In this document: in pieces, positions 1-10,302 of the stretch | Position numbering within the stretch: the first letter of the stretch is position 1 | Layout of the letters: each line of letters opens with the position of its first letter | Assembly (NCBI GenBank): GCA_963665125.2 | Contig: CAXXUK010000001.1 | Span: forward strand, 544,001-608,000 | DNA: 64,000 nucleotides | Source of the DNA: an uncultured Desulfarculus sp. | GTDB taxonomy: Bacteria > Desulfobacterota > Desulfarculia > Desulfarculales > Desulfarculaceae | Direction of reading: 5' to 3' | The notes under the pieces: generated by a model | What the model was told of the DNA's origin: nothing | The model's database searches: none | The model's input: the letters and a program-made list of their open reading frames with translations, nothing else | Program-made: the position numbers and the translations under genes

Positions 1-813
1 AACGCCATAGTCCAAATAGCTCTTGATCCGGGTCAGGGCGTTGACCATCTCAGGGTTGCCCACGCAGAAGCCCAGGCGCCAACCGGCCATGGAGTAGCTC
101 TTGCTGGTGCTGAAAAACTCCACGGCGATGTCCTTGGCGCCGGGCACCTGCAACACCGAAGGCGCCTTGTAACCGTCAAAGGTCAAGTCGGCATAGGCGA
201 AGTCGTGCACCAGCCAGATTTCGTGCGCCTTGCAAAAGTCAACCAGCCGGGCCATGAAGTCCATATCCACACACAAGGTCGTGGGGTTGTGCGGGAAGCT
301 GGTGATCATCATCTTTGGCTGGGGCCAGGTCTGGCGCATGGCCGTCTGCAGGTCATCGAAGAAATCGCGGCCCGGCAGAATCGGCACGCTGCGCAGGTCG
401 CCGCCGGCGATTACCACGCTGTAGGGATGGATCGGATAAGTGGGGCTGGGCACCAGCACCACGTCGCCGGGGCTGATAGTGGCCAGCACCAGGTGGCTCA
501 GGCCTTCCTTGGCGCCTATGGTGGCCACGGCCTCCGTCTCGGGGTCGATATATACGTCGTAGCGGCGCTTGTACCAGTCGGCAATGGCGTGGCGCAGCTT
601 GGTAATGCCCTTGCTAGCAGAGTAGCGGTGATTGGTGCCCTTGCGGGCGGCCTCCACCAACTTCTCCACGATGTGATCCGGCGTGGGCAGATCAGGGTTG
701 CCCATGCCCAGGTCGATGATGTCTTCGCCGCGCCGCCTTGCGGCCATCTTCAGCTCGTTGACCACGGCGAAAACGTAAGGGGGGAGCCTCTTCATTCTAC
801 GAAATTCTTGCAT
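1..813 (-). CDS. alaC: Class I/II PLP aminotransferase, AlaC/YfdZ-like (runs off the window edge)
   Basis: Hand translation from ATG at 813: [22 protein letters not shown]...[11 protein letters not shown]...HRYSASKGI...FPHNPT...HDFAYAD...[12 protein letters not shown]. Not in the ORF track because no stop lies in the window. Confidence 0.85.
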   Translation of the reverse strand, partial: MQEFRRMKRLPPYVFAVVNELKMAARRRGEDIIDLGMGNPDLPTPDHIVEKLVEAARKGTNHRYSASKGITKLRHAIADWYKRRYDVYIDPETEAVATIGAKEGLSHLVLATISPGDVVLVPSPTYPIHPYSVVIAGGDLRSVPILPGRDFFDDLQTAMRQTWPQPKMMITSFPHNPTTLCVDMDFMARLVDFCKAHEIWLVHDFAYADLTFDGYKAPSVLQVPGAKDIAVEFFSTSKSYSMAGWRLGFCVGNPEMVNALTRIKSYLDYGV

Positions 814-1178
814 TGCCCCAAATCCTTGTTCAATAAAGATGGATAATGATTGCTTGGCAAGTCCCCTGCAAAATTGATATTGGGCTGAATACACGAACCT
901 ATCCCAGCCAGTGGCCACTGTCAAGTAAGGGGCCGGATATGGCTCTGAAAAACTTAGCATCCACTATGATTTAAAATATTGTTTCTATACCAAAATACTG
1001 TTCTTGAAGTTTACGCGCCTCGGTATTTGCGGCACAATGAGCTTAGCGATAGAATTGCCAGCTTCGATCTGACCTTGGTCGCTTATGTCGTTACTTAATG
1101 TAGCGCATAGAATCATCATGGCGGGCCAAGGTCGACAGGACCAAGCGGCGGATAAGCTCCGCCAGCGGAGTGGAACAA

Positions 1179-3305
1179 ATGGCGAACAGTTTGTACATCA
1201 CGGCAACCGAAGCCAACAGCGGCAAGAGCGTCATCTGTCTTGGCGTGATGGAGATGCTGCTAAGGATGATCGACAAGGTGGCGTTTTTTCGCCCCATTAT
1301 CCGCGACGACGCCTGCCCCCATGACCCGTCGATCATCGATCATGACATCCACCTCATCGCAGAACACTTCAATCTTGACGTGCCCCGGCAAGACATGTAC
1401 GGCCTGACCGGAACCGAATCGGAACTGATGTGGTCCACCGGGCGCAAATCCGAATTGATAGACCTGATTTTGGCCAAGCATGGCAAGCTTATCGAAAACC
1501 ATGAGTTTGTGCTCTTTGAGGGCACGGATTTCGCCCATTCCACCAGCGCCTTCGAGTTTGACATCAACTCGGAGTTTGCCAAGCTCTTGCAAGCCCCGGT
1601 GCTGCTGGTGGCCAACGCTCATAACCGCAGTATCGACGAAACAGCCCGTTCGGTGGAGTTGTCTTTCGACTCACTGCGCAGCAAGGGCTGCGAGGTGGTC
1701 GCCACCATCGTCAACCGCGTGCGTCCGGGCGAGCAGGAAATCGTCATCAAGACCATCCAGCGGATGCGCTTCGCGCGCAACCAGATGGTGTTCGCCGTAC
1801 CCAACCGCCGCACACTGAACCTGCCCACAGTGGGCCAGGTGGCCGAGACCTTGGGCGCCAGGGTGATCCACGGCAAGGACCAGCTCAACCGAAACGTGCA
1901 CTCATTCACTGTCGCGGCCATGCAGATGCATAACTTTTTGCAACGCGTGACCCACGGCACCCTGGTGATAACCTCCGGCGACCGCTCCGATGTGATCGTG
2001 GCCTGCCTGGCCTCGCTCAGTTCCCAGGCCATGCCCAAGATTTCGGGCATAGTGCTGACCGGCGGGCTGGTGCCGGAAAAGCCCATCCAGGAACTTATCG
2101 AGGGATTCTCCCGGACGGTGCCGATTCTCAGCGTCCAGGAAAACACCTTTCCCACGGCCATCAGGGTGGAAAACGTCTGCGCCAAGCTGAGCCCCAGGGA
2201 CGAACGCAAGATCGCCAGGGCCTTGGCCGCCTTTGAGCGCAATGTGGACGACGAAACCTTGGCCGGCAAGATCGTCACCACCGAGACCAAGGTCTTGACG
2301 CCCAAGATGTTCGAGTACCGCCTGTTGCAGCGGGCACGCCGCCACAAGCAGCACATCGTGCTGCCCGAAGCCACCGACGAGCGCATCCTGCGGGCTACGG
2401 AAATCCTGCGCAGCCGCGATGTCGTGGATATAACCCTGTTGGGCGACGAAGACGCCGTCCGGGCCAAGATCCGGGAATATTCGCTGCGTTTGGAAGACGT
2501 GCCCATTGTTTGCCCATATGCCAGCGGCAAGTTCGACGAATACGTTGAAGCGTTCTATGAAATGCGCAAGCGCAAGGGCATCACCCTGGAGAACGCCAGG
2601 GACATAATGAACGACCTGACGTATTTCGCCACCATGATGGTGCACAAGGGCGATGCCGACGGCATGGTTTCGGGCGCCGTGCATACAACGGCCGACACCG
2701 TACGCCCGGCCTTCCAGATTATCAAGACCCGGCCTGGCGTGTCGGTGGTGTCCAGCGTGTTTTTCATGTGCCTGTCGGACCGCGTGCTGGTTTACGGCGA
2801 CTGCGCCGTCAACCCCAACCCAACGGCGAAGCAACTGGCCGAAATCGCCCTCAGCTCGGCCCATACGGCAGAGATATTCGGCGTGGATCCCAGGGTGGCC
2901 ATGCTCAGCTACTCCACCGGTGACAGCGGGTCCGGCGAAGACGTGGACCGTGTCCGCGAGGCCACGGCCCTGGTCAAGGAAATGGCCATGGAGCATCATC
3001 CCGGTCTGAAGATCGAAGGCCCCATCCAGTACGACGCGGCCACGGACATGGCCGTGGCCCGGACCAAGATGCCCGGCAGCGAAGTGGCGGGCCAAGCCAC
3101 GGTGTTCATCTTCCCGGACCTCAATACGGGAAACAACACCTACAAGGCCGTACAGCGCACGGCCAAGGCCGTGGCCATAGGCCCCGTGTTGCAGGGCCTC
3201 AATAAGCCGGTCAACGACCTCAGCCGCGGTTGTCTGGTCAGTGACGTGCTCAACACCATCGCCATTACGGCCATCCAGGCCCAGGCGGTCAAGGGACTCA
3301 AGTAA
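1179..3305 (+). CDS. pta: Phosphate acetyltransferase (long form with AAA-like/DRTGG N-terminus)
   Basis: SGKS P-loop-like start, SGDRSD, DGMVSGAVHTTADT, FPDLNTGNNTYKAVQR, PVNDLSRG; TAATG overlap with ackA. Confidence 0.95.
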   Translation: MANSLYITATEANSGKSVICLGVMEMLLRMIDKVAFFRPIIRDDACPHDPSIIDHDIHLIAEHFNLDVPRQDMYGLTGTESELMWSTGRKSELIDLILAKHGKLIENHEFVLFEGTDFAHSTSAFEFDINSEFAKLLQAPVLLVANAHNRSIDETARSVELSFDSLRSKGCEVVATIVNRVRPGEQEIVIKTIQRMRFARNQMVFAVPNRRTLNLPTVGQVAETLGARVIHGKDQLNRNVHSFTVAAMQMHNFLQRVTHGTLVITSGDRSDVIVACLASLSSQAMPKISGIVLTGGLVPEKPIQELIEGFSRTVPILSVQENTFPTAIRVENVCAKLSPRDERKIARALAAFERNVDDETLAGKIVTTETKVLTPKMFEYRLLQRARRHKQHIVLPEATDERILRATEILRSRDVVDITLLGDEDAVRAKIREYSLRLEDVPIVCPYASGKFDEYVEAFYEMRKRKGITLENARDIMNDLTYFATMMVHKGDADGMVSGAVHTTADTVRPAFQIIKTRPGVSVVSSVFFMCLSDRVLVYGDCAVNPNPTAKQLAEIALSSAHTAEIFGVDPRVAMLSYSTGDSGSGEDVDRVREATALVKEMAMEHHPGLKIEGPIQYDAATDMAVARTKMPGSEVAGQATVFIFPDLNTGNNTYKAVQRTAKAVAIGPVLQGLNKPVNDLSRGCLVSDVLNTIAITAIQAQAVKGLK

Positions 3306-4516
3306 TGCGCATCCTGGTAATCAACACCGGCAGTTCATCCATCAAGTACCAGCTGTTCGACATGGACCGGCAGACCATCCTTGCCTCGGGCCTGGCCGAG
3401 CGGATTGGCGAACAACAAAGCCTTATCAAGCATAAAACTTTCAATAACGGGCAGGCCGCCGAACTGGATATCCGCGAACCCATTGCCGACCACCAGGCCG
3501 GCCTGGCCCGCATAGTCGATCTGCTCACCGATACGGCGGACGGTATTATCGCCGATAAAAGCGACATCGACGCGGTGGGCCACCGGGTGGTTCACGGCGG
3601 CGAGGCCTTTCATGCGCCCTGCGTCATCGACGACGAGGTCATAGCGGCCATCGAGGAATTCGTACCCCTGGCCCCCTTGCACAACCCGTCCAACCTCATC
3701 GGCATCAACGTGGCCAGGCGGTTGTTTCCCGCCGCCGCGCAGGTCGCCGTTTTTGATACGGCCTTTCATCAGACCATCCCGGCCGAGAGCTATCTCTACG
3801 CCCTGCCGTACGAGCTTTATCAAAAGCACCGGGTGCGGCGTTACGGCTTTCACGGTACGTCACACTGGTATGTCAGCGAAAAGGCCGCCGAGTTTCTGGG
3901 CCGGCCCCTTGACCAGCTCAAGATGATCACCATCCACCTGGGCAATGGCGCAAGCATGGCCGCGGTCAATGGCGGCAAGTGCGTCGACACATCCATGGGC
4001 ATGACGCCCCTGGAAGGCTTGGTCATGGGCACGCGCAGCGGCGACGTGGACCCGGCCCTGCCGTTTTTCCTGGCCGCCAACCTGGGCATGGACCTGGCCG
4101 GCATCGACAGGCTGCTGAACAAGGAAAGCGGCCTCAAAGGCCTGTGCGGCTTCAACGACATGCGCCAGGTGATCGAGGCGGCTGAGGGTGGACAGGAAAC
4201 CGCTCGGCTGGCCCTGAATATCTACGCCCTGCGCATAAAGAAGTACATCGGCGCCTACCTGGCCGAACTGGGCGGGCTGGACGCAATAATCTTCACGGCG
4301 GGCATCGGCGAAAACGCCCCCCTGGTCCGGTCAATGTGCTGTCAGGGCCTGGAGCATATCGGCATCGCCGTGGACGGGCAAAAAAACGCGGTTCGCTCAT
4401 CCGGGGCCCGCAGCATCAGCAAGGACGGCACTGCGGTGCAGGTGTTGGTGGTGCCCACCGACGAGGAACTCAAGATCGCCCGGGAGACCCAAAAGCTCCT
4501 GGAATCAAGGCAGTGA
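3305..4516 (+). CDS. ackA: Acetate kinase
   Basis: LVINTGSSSIK, GHRVVHGG, PLHNP, RRYGFHGTSH, HLGNGAS, FTAGIGEN. Confidence 0.96.
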   Translation: MRILVINTGSSSIKYQLFDMDRQTILASGLAERIGEQQSLIKHKTFNNGQAAELDIREPIADHQAGLARIVDLLTDTADGIIADKSDIDAVGHRVVHGGEAFHAPCVIDDEVIAAIEEFVPLAPLHNPSNLIGINVARRLFPAAAQVAVFDTAFHQTIPAESYLYALPYELYQKHRVRRYGFHGTSHWYVSEKAAEFLGRPLDQLKMITIHLGNGASMAAVNGGKCVDTSMGMTPLEGLVMGTRSGDVDPALPFFLAANLGMDLAGIDRLLNKESGLKGLCGFNDMRQVIEAAEGGQETARLALNIYALRIKKYIGAYLAELGGLDAIIFTAGIGENAPLVRSMCCQGLEHIGIAVDGQKNAVRSSGARSISKDGTAVQVLVVPTDEELKIARETQKLLESRQ

Positions 4517-4595
4517 AAAAAATCACTGGCATTGGCAGGCCGCCTGTATTAGGATGCCCAGGTCAGTGTAGGTGATCACCAACCGGAGGACCACG

Positions 4596-4688
4596 ATGTT
4601 GGACGTTATTCTCGGCGCTCTGGGCGCGGCCTGTTTCTGGTGCTGCGTTACCGCCCTGGTGTACTTCGGCACCAAAGCCGATCAGTAA
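4596..4688 (+). CDS. Putative 30-aa single-TM small protein (MLDVILGALGAACFWCCVTALVYFGTKADQ)
   Basis: GGAGGA RBS 5 nt before ATG, hydrophobic helix, terminator just downstream; below the ORF-track size cut-off. Confidence 0.55.
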   Translation: MLDVILGALGAACFWCCVTALVYFGTKADQ

Positions 4689-4710
4689 ACACCAGCCGCC
4701 AGCGGCTATC

Positions 4711-4748
4711 CAACCCCCAGCCCGTTTTGGGTCGGGGGTTTGTTTTTT
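4711..4748 (+). terminator. Rho-independent terminator after ackA/small ORF
   Basis: AACCCCCAGCCC-GTTTT-GGGTCGGGGGTT followed by TGTTTTTT. Confidence 0.65.
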
Positions 4749-4994
4749 CGGGGGAAACCTTTTTCTTTTTGGAAAAAAGAAAAAGGTTTCCCCCGAACCC
4801 CCTTCCAAAAAGAAAACCATATGCGCTGCCGCTTTTGCTGATGGCAAAAGCGGCAGCGCCGTGTTTGGGCACCAAAGTGTGAAAACCCGCCTAACGCCCA
4901 AAACGCCGCGAAACCGTTTGCGCCGCAGGCGAAAACGGTTTCGCGCGAAGTTTTTTGGGGGTTTGGGGGGCTTTTTTTCAAAAAAGCCCCCCAA
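4747..4994 (-). repeat. Structured four-hairpin dispersed repeat, copy A
   Basis: Reverse complement aligns with 62423-62677; four hairpins with compensatory changes. Confidence 0.85.
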
Positions 4995-5007
4995 GAAAAA
5001 CAAAAAA

Positions 5008-6324
5008 CTAAAAATAATACGTCACCCAGAGGAAGACCTGATCCGGGGCGGTTGATTTGAGGTCGGTGCCGGGCAGGGTGAAGCCGCCGTATTCGGTGCC
5101 GTCGCCGCCCAGATAGGCATTGCCGCCCAGTTGGACTTCGGTGTTTTGAGTGGCGCTCCACACGGCCCGGGGTTGCAGGAGCAGGGAGCCGTCGTGGAGG
5201 TTGACCATGGTGATGGCGTAGAGGGTGAGCAGGGGGTGCAACTCGTATTTGAGCTGGGCGTCTATGTAGGCCCGGCCCATGACGAACAGGGTGCCCTGGT
5301 CCAGTCGCTCGACAATGGCCGGGTCGCCGATGGCCTGTTCCGGGTCGTCGCGGCCCAGGCCGTTGAAGTAGAACTCCAGCCAGCCGTACCAGTTTTTGCC
5401 TGCCCAAACCCAGGAGTAGTCGATGTTGGCGATGAATGAAAGGTAGCCGCCGTCGCTGTAGTCGTCGTCCATTTGGGTGTAGGTGATGTCGCAGCGCCAG
5501 GCGGCCTGGCCCACATAACCCACCGCGCCGACGGCGGCCACGTTGTCCTGGTAGTTTTTGGCGAGCATGAAGTCCACGCCCATATCGCCCCAGGCGTGAT
5601 GCAGTTTGACGGCCAGGGCCGACTGCTGCCACTCGACGTCGCTGTTGGCGGGGTTGCGGCGGGGCAGGGCCAGGGCCTGCATGGAGCCCAGGGAGCCCAC
5701 GTCAAATTGGACAAAGGCCATATCATCGCCGACTTTGTAATCGCGCTGGAAATCGGTGGGCGAAAAGGGGTTGAACAGGTCCATGGGGTTGAACAGCAGG
5801 CCGTGGCCCCAGGTCAGGGCCTGGCGGCCCAGGCGGATGGTGCCCCAATCCGGAAAAATATCCAGGACCAGGCGGTCCAGACGGTGATAGAGAACGTACG
5901 AGTCGTCGTCGCTGAGGACCTTGGTAAGGTCGAAAAGGCGGCGATCGTCATTGATCGGCCGGACGGTTTGCAGGGCTCCGGCGGCGGCAAGGCCCGGCTG
6001 AATGCGGGACAGCTCGAGGAGCTTGCGCCGGGTGTCTCCACCGTTCAGGGTGGCTTCGTAGTGGGTCTCGAATTCGCCCCACTGGCCGAAATAGACCTTG
6101 TTCTTCAGGCGGAAATCAAACACGCCGTCATAGAGATCGCCCGCGCCCACCGGGGCAAAATAGCTGTCATCGTCGGCATGGGAATAGATGGCCTGGCCCC
6201 GGATGTGGCCGCCCCATTCCGGCGACAGGCTTTGCCAGAACGATTGCTGCTGGCCGTCGGCCAGGGCGGGAGAGGCCATAAGGGCGCTCAGACAGATGAT
6301 GATCAGGCAAAGGGCGCGGCGCAT
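5008..6324 (-). CDS. Putative outer-membrane beta-barrel protein of the ABC export operon
   Basis: Signal peptide (ASPALA), aromatic-rich beta-strand pattern, C-terminal VFLWVTYYF barrel signature. Confidence 0.7.
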   Translation of the reverse strand: MRRALCLIIICLSALMASPALADGQQQSFWQSLSPEWGGHIRGQAIYSHADDDSYFAPVGAGDLYDGVFDFRLKNKVYFGQWGEFETHYEATLNGGDTRRKLLELSRIQPGLAAAGALQTVRPINDDRRLFDLTKVLSDDDSYVLYHRLDRLVLDIFPDWGTIRLGRQALTWGHGLLFNPMDLFNPFSPTDFQRDYKVGDDMAFVQFDVGSLGSMQALALPRRNPANSDVEWQQSALAVKLHHAWGDMGVDFMLAKNYQDNVAAVGAVGYVGQAAWRCDITYTQMDDDYSDGGYLSFIANIDYSWVWAGKNWYGWLEFYFNGLGRDDPEQAIGDPAIVERLDQGTLFVMGRAYIDAQLKYELHPLLTLYAITMVNLHDGSLLLQPRAVWSATQNTEVQLGGNAYLGGDGTEYGGFTLPGTDLKSTAPDQVFLWVTYYF

Positions 6325-6328
6325 GGCT

Positions 6329-7018
6329 CTAGTCTTTCTTGATGACGTCATCGGCCACCACGCCGTCGCGGATGTGGATCAGCCTGCGGGCATAGTCCAT
6401 GACCATGTCGTCGTGGGTGGAAAAGATGAAGGTCACGCCTTTTTCCCGGTTCATCAGCTTCATCATCTCCAATAGCCCCTGGCCGGTCTTGGAATCCAGG
6501 TTTGCCGTGGGCTCGTCGGCCAGCACAATGGCCGGGTTGGAGACGATGGCCCTGGCCACGGCCACGCGCTGTTGTTGGCCGCCGGAAAGCTCGGCCGGGC
6601 GGCGGTTGTACATGCCTTCCAGGCCGACTTCGTTCAGCATTTCCGTGGCCAGCTTGCGGCGTTTGGTAGCTTCCACGCCCTGCAAGAGCATGACGTACTC
6701 GACGTTTTCCAGGGCGGAAAGAACCGGTATGAGGTTGTAGGCCTGAAATACGAAGCCGACTTTTTGCAGGCGCAGGTTGGCCAGCTGGCCCTGGTTCATC
6801 CTGGCGAAGTCATTGCCGTCGACGATCACATTGCCGCTGTCGGGCAGGTCCAGGCCGCCGATCATGTTCAGGGTGGTGGTTTTGCCCGAGCCGGAAGGCC
6901 CGGCCAGGGCCACGAAGCCGCCGGGGTCAATGCTCAGGTTAATGCCCCGCAGGGCATGCACTGTCACGTCGCCTTGCTTGTAATCTTTTTTTACGTCGCG
7001 GCATTCAACCAGGCTCAT
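6329..7018 (-). CDS. ABC transporter ATP-binding protein, LolD/MacB-like
   Basis: GPSGSGKTT, LSGGQQQRVAVARA, LADEPTANLD, STHD. Confidence 0.93.
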   Translation of the reverse strand: MSLVECRDVKKDYKQGDVTVHALRGINLSIDPGGFVALAGPSGSGKTTTLNMIGGLDLPDSGNVIVDGNDFARMNQGQLANLRLQKVGFVFQAYNLIPVLSALENVEYVMLLQGVEATKRRKLATEMLNEVGLEGMYNRRPAELSGGQQQRVAVARAIVSNPAIVLADEPTANLDSKTGQGLLEMMKLMNREKGVTFIFSTHDDMVMDYARRLIHIRDGVVADDVIKKD

Positions 7019-7051
7019 CGCATATTCTCCATTGGGGATCGCCCCCGCTTG

Positions 7052-8281
7052 TTAAGTGTGGCTCAGGGCTTCAACCGGAGTGAAGCGGGCGGCCTTGACC
7101 GCCGGGTACAGGCTGACCAAAATGCCAAGGATCAGCACGATGAAGTTGGCGAGCAAGACATCGCTGAGGCGCAGCACCGGATAGAGCATGCGTTCCATGC
7201 CCCAAAACTCGGCGCCGGCGGCCAGAGCCGACAAATCAATGCCCGTGTCGGAAACGGCCCAGGTGCAGGCCAGGCCCAGGATATTGCCCACCAGCATGCC
7301 CAAGATCATCAAAAACAGCGATTCGGTGACGACCTCGGCAATGATCCGCCTGGGCCGCAGGCCCAGGGCCTTGAGCAGGCCGAATTCCCGGATGCGTTCC
7401 ATCACGGCCATGAGCAGGGTGTTGACGATGCCGAAGCCCATGGCGATGAACACCACCAGATACCACAGCCAGATAAAGCCGTTGAACATGGCAAGATAGG
7501 CCTCGGTGATGGGCTGGAGCTGTTTCCAGGTCATGACCTCCAGATCCTTGGGCAGGTCCTGGCGCAGCGTGGCGGCCAGGGGGTCGCCTTGGTCGCGTTC
7601 GGCCAACATGATGGCCACTTCCGAGATGCCCTGGTCCATTTTAAGCATTTTCTGGGCCGCGGGCAGAGTCACGTAGACGTATTGTTTTTCCGTTGATTCC
7701 ATCTCGGCGGTGAATACACCGGCAATGCGGAAGGCCCGTGATGCGATGTTTTTGGTGGTGTCCTGGCTCATCAAGACGACCTTGTGGCCCACCTTGGCCC
7801 CGAATTTTTCCAACAGGGCCCGGCCTACCAGGATGCCGTATTCGTCCCCGGCTTTGAGGTAGTCGCCCTGTTTGACGGCATCGCCGATGAACGAGACCTT
7901 GGCCTCCTTTGGCGGGTCGATTCCAACCAAGGTGACGCCGCCGGAATGCCGGGCATTGCTGATGATGGCGTTCACCCGGATGCGCGGGGCCCAGTTACCG
8001 CCCGGCGGCAGCAGCTTTTGCACCTTGGCCTCGACGGGCGCCGGGTCGTTGATGCTGTGTTCGATAACCGGGTCGTCGTGGTATCCCTTTTGGTGGATCT
8101 GGATGTCGCCGGTCATTGTGATGATGCTGTTGCGGATCATGCCTTCGACCATGCCGTACATCAGGGCCGTGAGAAAGATCATGCTCCATACGGCTATGAC
8201 CACGGCCAGACCGATGACGGCCGTGCGCCGGGGGTTGCGCCAGACATTGCGCCAAGCCATCAAGAAATACATGCGGCCCAT
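7052..8281 (-). CDS. ABC transporter permease, FtsX/LolCE-like
   Basis: AWRNVWRNPRRT start, large periplasmic domain, MAVMERIREFG, PVEAL end. Confidence 0.9.
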   Translation of the reverse strand: MGRMYFLMAWRNVWRNPRRTAVIGLAVVIAVWSMIFLTALMYGMVEGMIRNSIITMTGDIQIHQKGYHDDPVIEHSINDPAPVEAKVQKLLPPGGNWAPRIRVNAIISNARHSGGVTLVGIDPPKEAKVSFIGDAVKQGDYLKAGDEYGILVGRALLEKFGAKVGHKVVLMSQDTTKNIASRAFRIAGVFTAEMESTEKQYVYVTLPAAQKMLKMDQGISEVAIMLAERDQGDPLAATLRQDLPKDLEVMTWKQLQPITEAYLAMFNGFIWLWYLVVFIAMGFGIVNTLLMAVMERIREFGLLKALGLRPRRIIAEVVTESLFLMILGMLVGNILGLACTWAVSDTGIDLSALAAGAEFWGMERMLYPVLRLSDVLLANFIVLILGILVSLYPAVKAARFTPVEALSHT

Positions 8282-8296
8282 CCTTTCAAATCAGCT

Positions 8297-9535
8297 CTAC
8301 ACATGGGTCAGCGCCTCCACTGGTCTGAGCTTGCGGACTCGCAGAGCCGGGAATAAAGCGGCTATGAAGGTGATAACCAGCACGGCCGACGGACCGGCAA
8401 GGGCCGTGGTCCAGGAAAGTTGCGGGTGCAAAAGGGCCGGAATGCCGTATTGCTGCAGCAGATCGCTTTGTCCGCTGAGGTTGATGCCATATGCCTGGAA
8501 ATAGCCCGTGACGGCGATGCCCAGGGCCATGCCGGTGATGATGCCCACCAGGGTAATGGCCGTCGATTCCATGAGCAGCACCTTGGTCAGCCGGCCGGGG
8601 GTGACGCCAACGGCCATCATCACGCCGAATTCTCTGGTGCGTTCCAACACGGCCATGAGGAAGGTGTTGAGGATGCTGAAGGCCACGACCACTATGAGAA
8701 CGAAGTAGATGATCAAACCGCTGACCAGGTCCATCTTGATGCTCTGCATCAGGCCGGGCATGATCTGGTTCCAGTCCAGGGTCACCAGGGGATGGCGCTG
8801 CTTGATGTCTTTGATGGCTTGGCTTACCGCGTCCTTTAAGACCGGCACCTGGTCAAGCTCCCGGCCCAGAATCACGATTTCATGCACCGCGCCTTCCATG
8901 AAAAAGGTGTCTTGGAAGTAGCCCAGGGGGATCATCATTACCGAGCGGTCGAAATCGGTCTGGCCCGAGCTGTAGATGCCCTTGACCGTGAGCACGGCGG
9001 CGGCCACCGAGCCGTCACGGCCCTGACCCAGCAGGGTCAGTTCGTCGCCCAAGCCGACCTGCAGGTTGCGGGCCAGCAGATCGCCTATGATCGCCTGGCT
9101 CGTGTCGCCTTTGGCCAGATAGTCGCCTTTGCGGATCATCGATTTGATGGTGGAGACTTTGGCCTCGCCTTCGGGTTCCACGCCGATCACGCCTACGCCG
9201 TAGGTGCGGTCCTTGGAAGATATCAAGGCGAAACCGTTGGCTCTTGAAGTAAATGCATTGATGTAGGGTATATCCTTTATGGCCGCGTCCACGGCCTTGG
9301 GGTCCTGGATAACCCTGTGCATCTCCTTGTCTTTCAGATAGCCTTGGGCCTGGATCTGGACATAGCCGGTGTGGGCTCTGACCGCGCTGTTGATCATCTC
9401 GGCGTAGCTGCCGAACTGGAACGACAGCATGAACACCAGAATCAGACAGGCAAAGGCGATGGCCGCCACGGTCAGGAATGTGCGCCGGGGATTGCGCCAG
9501 ATATTACGCCAGGCCATTTTGGCGTCTATGGACAC
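8297..9535 (-). CDS. ABC transporter permease, FtsX/LolCE-like
   Basis: AWRNIWRNPRRT, MAVLERTREFG, RPVEALTHV. Confidence 0.9.
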   Translation of the reverse strand: MSIDAKMAWRNIWRNPRRTFLTVAAIAFACLILVFMLSFQFGSYAEMINSAVRAHTGYVQIQAQGYLKDKEMHRVIQDPKAVDAAIKDIPYINAFTSRANGFALISSKDRTYGVGVIGVEPEGEAKVSTIKSMIRKGDYLAKGDTSQAIIGDLLARNLQVGLGDELTLLGQGRDGSVAAAVLTVKGIYSSGQTDFDRSVMMIPLGYFQDTFFMEGAVHEIVILGRELDQVPVLKDAVSQAIKDIKQRHPLVTLDWNQIMPGLMQSIKMDLVSGLIIYFVLIVVVAFSILNTFLMAVLERTREFGVMMAVGVTPGRLTKVLLMESTAITLVGIITGMALGIAVTGYFQAYGINLSGQSDLLQQYGIPALLHPQLSWTTALAGPSAVLVITFIAALFPALRVRKLRPVEALTHV

Positions 9536-9539
9536 GGGC

Positions 9540-10298
9540 TTACCTCCTGGGATTTTTTAGGTTTTCCAGGGTGAAATAGCGGTCCGGCATGCTGTCCTTG
9601 AATTCTATGGATTCATTGACCACCTTGGTGAACTCGCCGTCGGAGTCGGCCTTTTTCATGACCCAAACCTTTGGCAAAAGCCTGCCCCCCATCTTTTCCA
9701 CATCCTGGAAGGACAGGGCCTTGACCAGCTTCATGTCTTCGTCAAAATAGCTTTGCTCCACGGGCACGTTGTCGTCGCGGATCTTGAAGGTCATCTTGCC
9801 CCAGATTACGGCGGCCATGGGCTTGGGAATGCTTTCGATGCTGTAGACCTTGTGGCCGTCGACCTGCTCGGTGCCGGTGATCTTGTGGGTGTAGTCCTGG
9901 ATGATGGTGTCGCTCTTGGACAGGTCGTTGTTGGAGAAATCAGAGCCCATCCAGGCCTGGCCCATCATCGACGGCGGCAGCTTGATGATCCGGTTGATCT
10001 TGGGGTTGTACATCCACATCTGGGGGCCGAGCTTGAGGGTGCCGTTGCCGCTGTCCCTGGGAGGTTCCATGATCTGGAACAGGCTGTCGGTTTGGCCCCT
10101 GGTCCAGGCCTTGATGGTCATGGTGCGTTGCCAATCCGGCCGTTGGATGGTCATCGTCACCGTGGATATGGACGCTTTTCCGCGAACATAGTCCAGGTAG
10201 CCCTGAATGATTTGCGCGGCGTCCTCCGCCTGGGCCTGGGCTGGCGCCAGACAAAGACAGGCCAAAGCGATCAACAGGCTGGTGCAAAGGGCTCTCAT
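9540..10298 (-). CDS. Outer-membrane lipoprotein-sorting (LolA-like fold) periplasmic protein
   Basis: Signal peptide; WMYNP...IIKLPPSMM...WMGSDFSNNDL motif; operon context. Confidence 0.8.
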   Translation of the reverse strand: MRALCTSLLIALACLCLAPAQAQAEDAAQIIQGYLDYVRGKASISTVTMTIQRPDWQRTMTIKAWTRGQTDSLFQIMEPPRDSGNGTLKLGPQMWMYNPKINRIIKLPPSMMGQAWMGSDFSNNDLSKSDTIIQDYTHKITGTEQVDGHKVYSIESIPKPMAAVIWGKMTFKIRDDNVPVEQSYFDEDMKLVKALSFQDVEKMGGRLLPKVWVMKKADSDGEFTKVVNESIEFKDSMPDRYFTLENLKNPRR

Positions 10299-10302
10299 GC
10301 TA

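Noticed and set aside
205..846. 213-aa plus-strand ORF
   Set aside because: Antisense shadow of the minus-strand aminotransferase.
855..871. Possible sigma54 promoter TTGGCA-N-CTGCA upstream of pta
   Set aside because: GG-N10-GC spacing is right but the match is partial and about 300 bp from the start; not supportable alone.
4563..5055. ORFs of 64-146 aa over the poly-A/T hairpin region
   Set aside because: They are translations of the structured repeat (F/K/G/P-rich low complexity).
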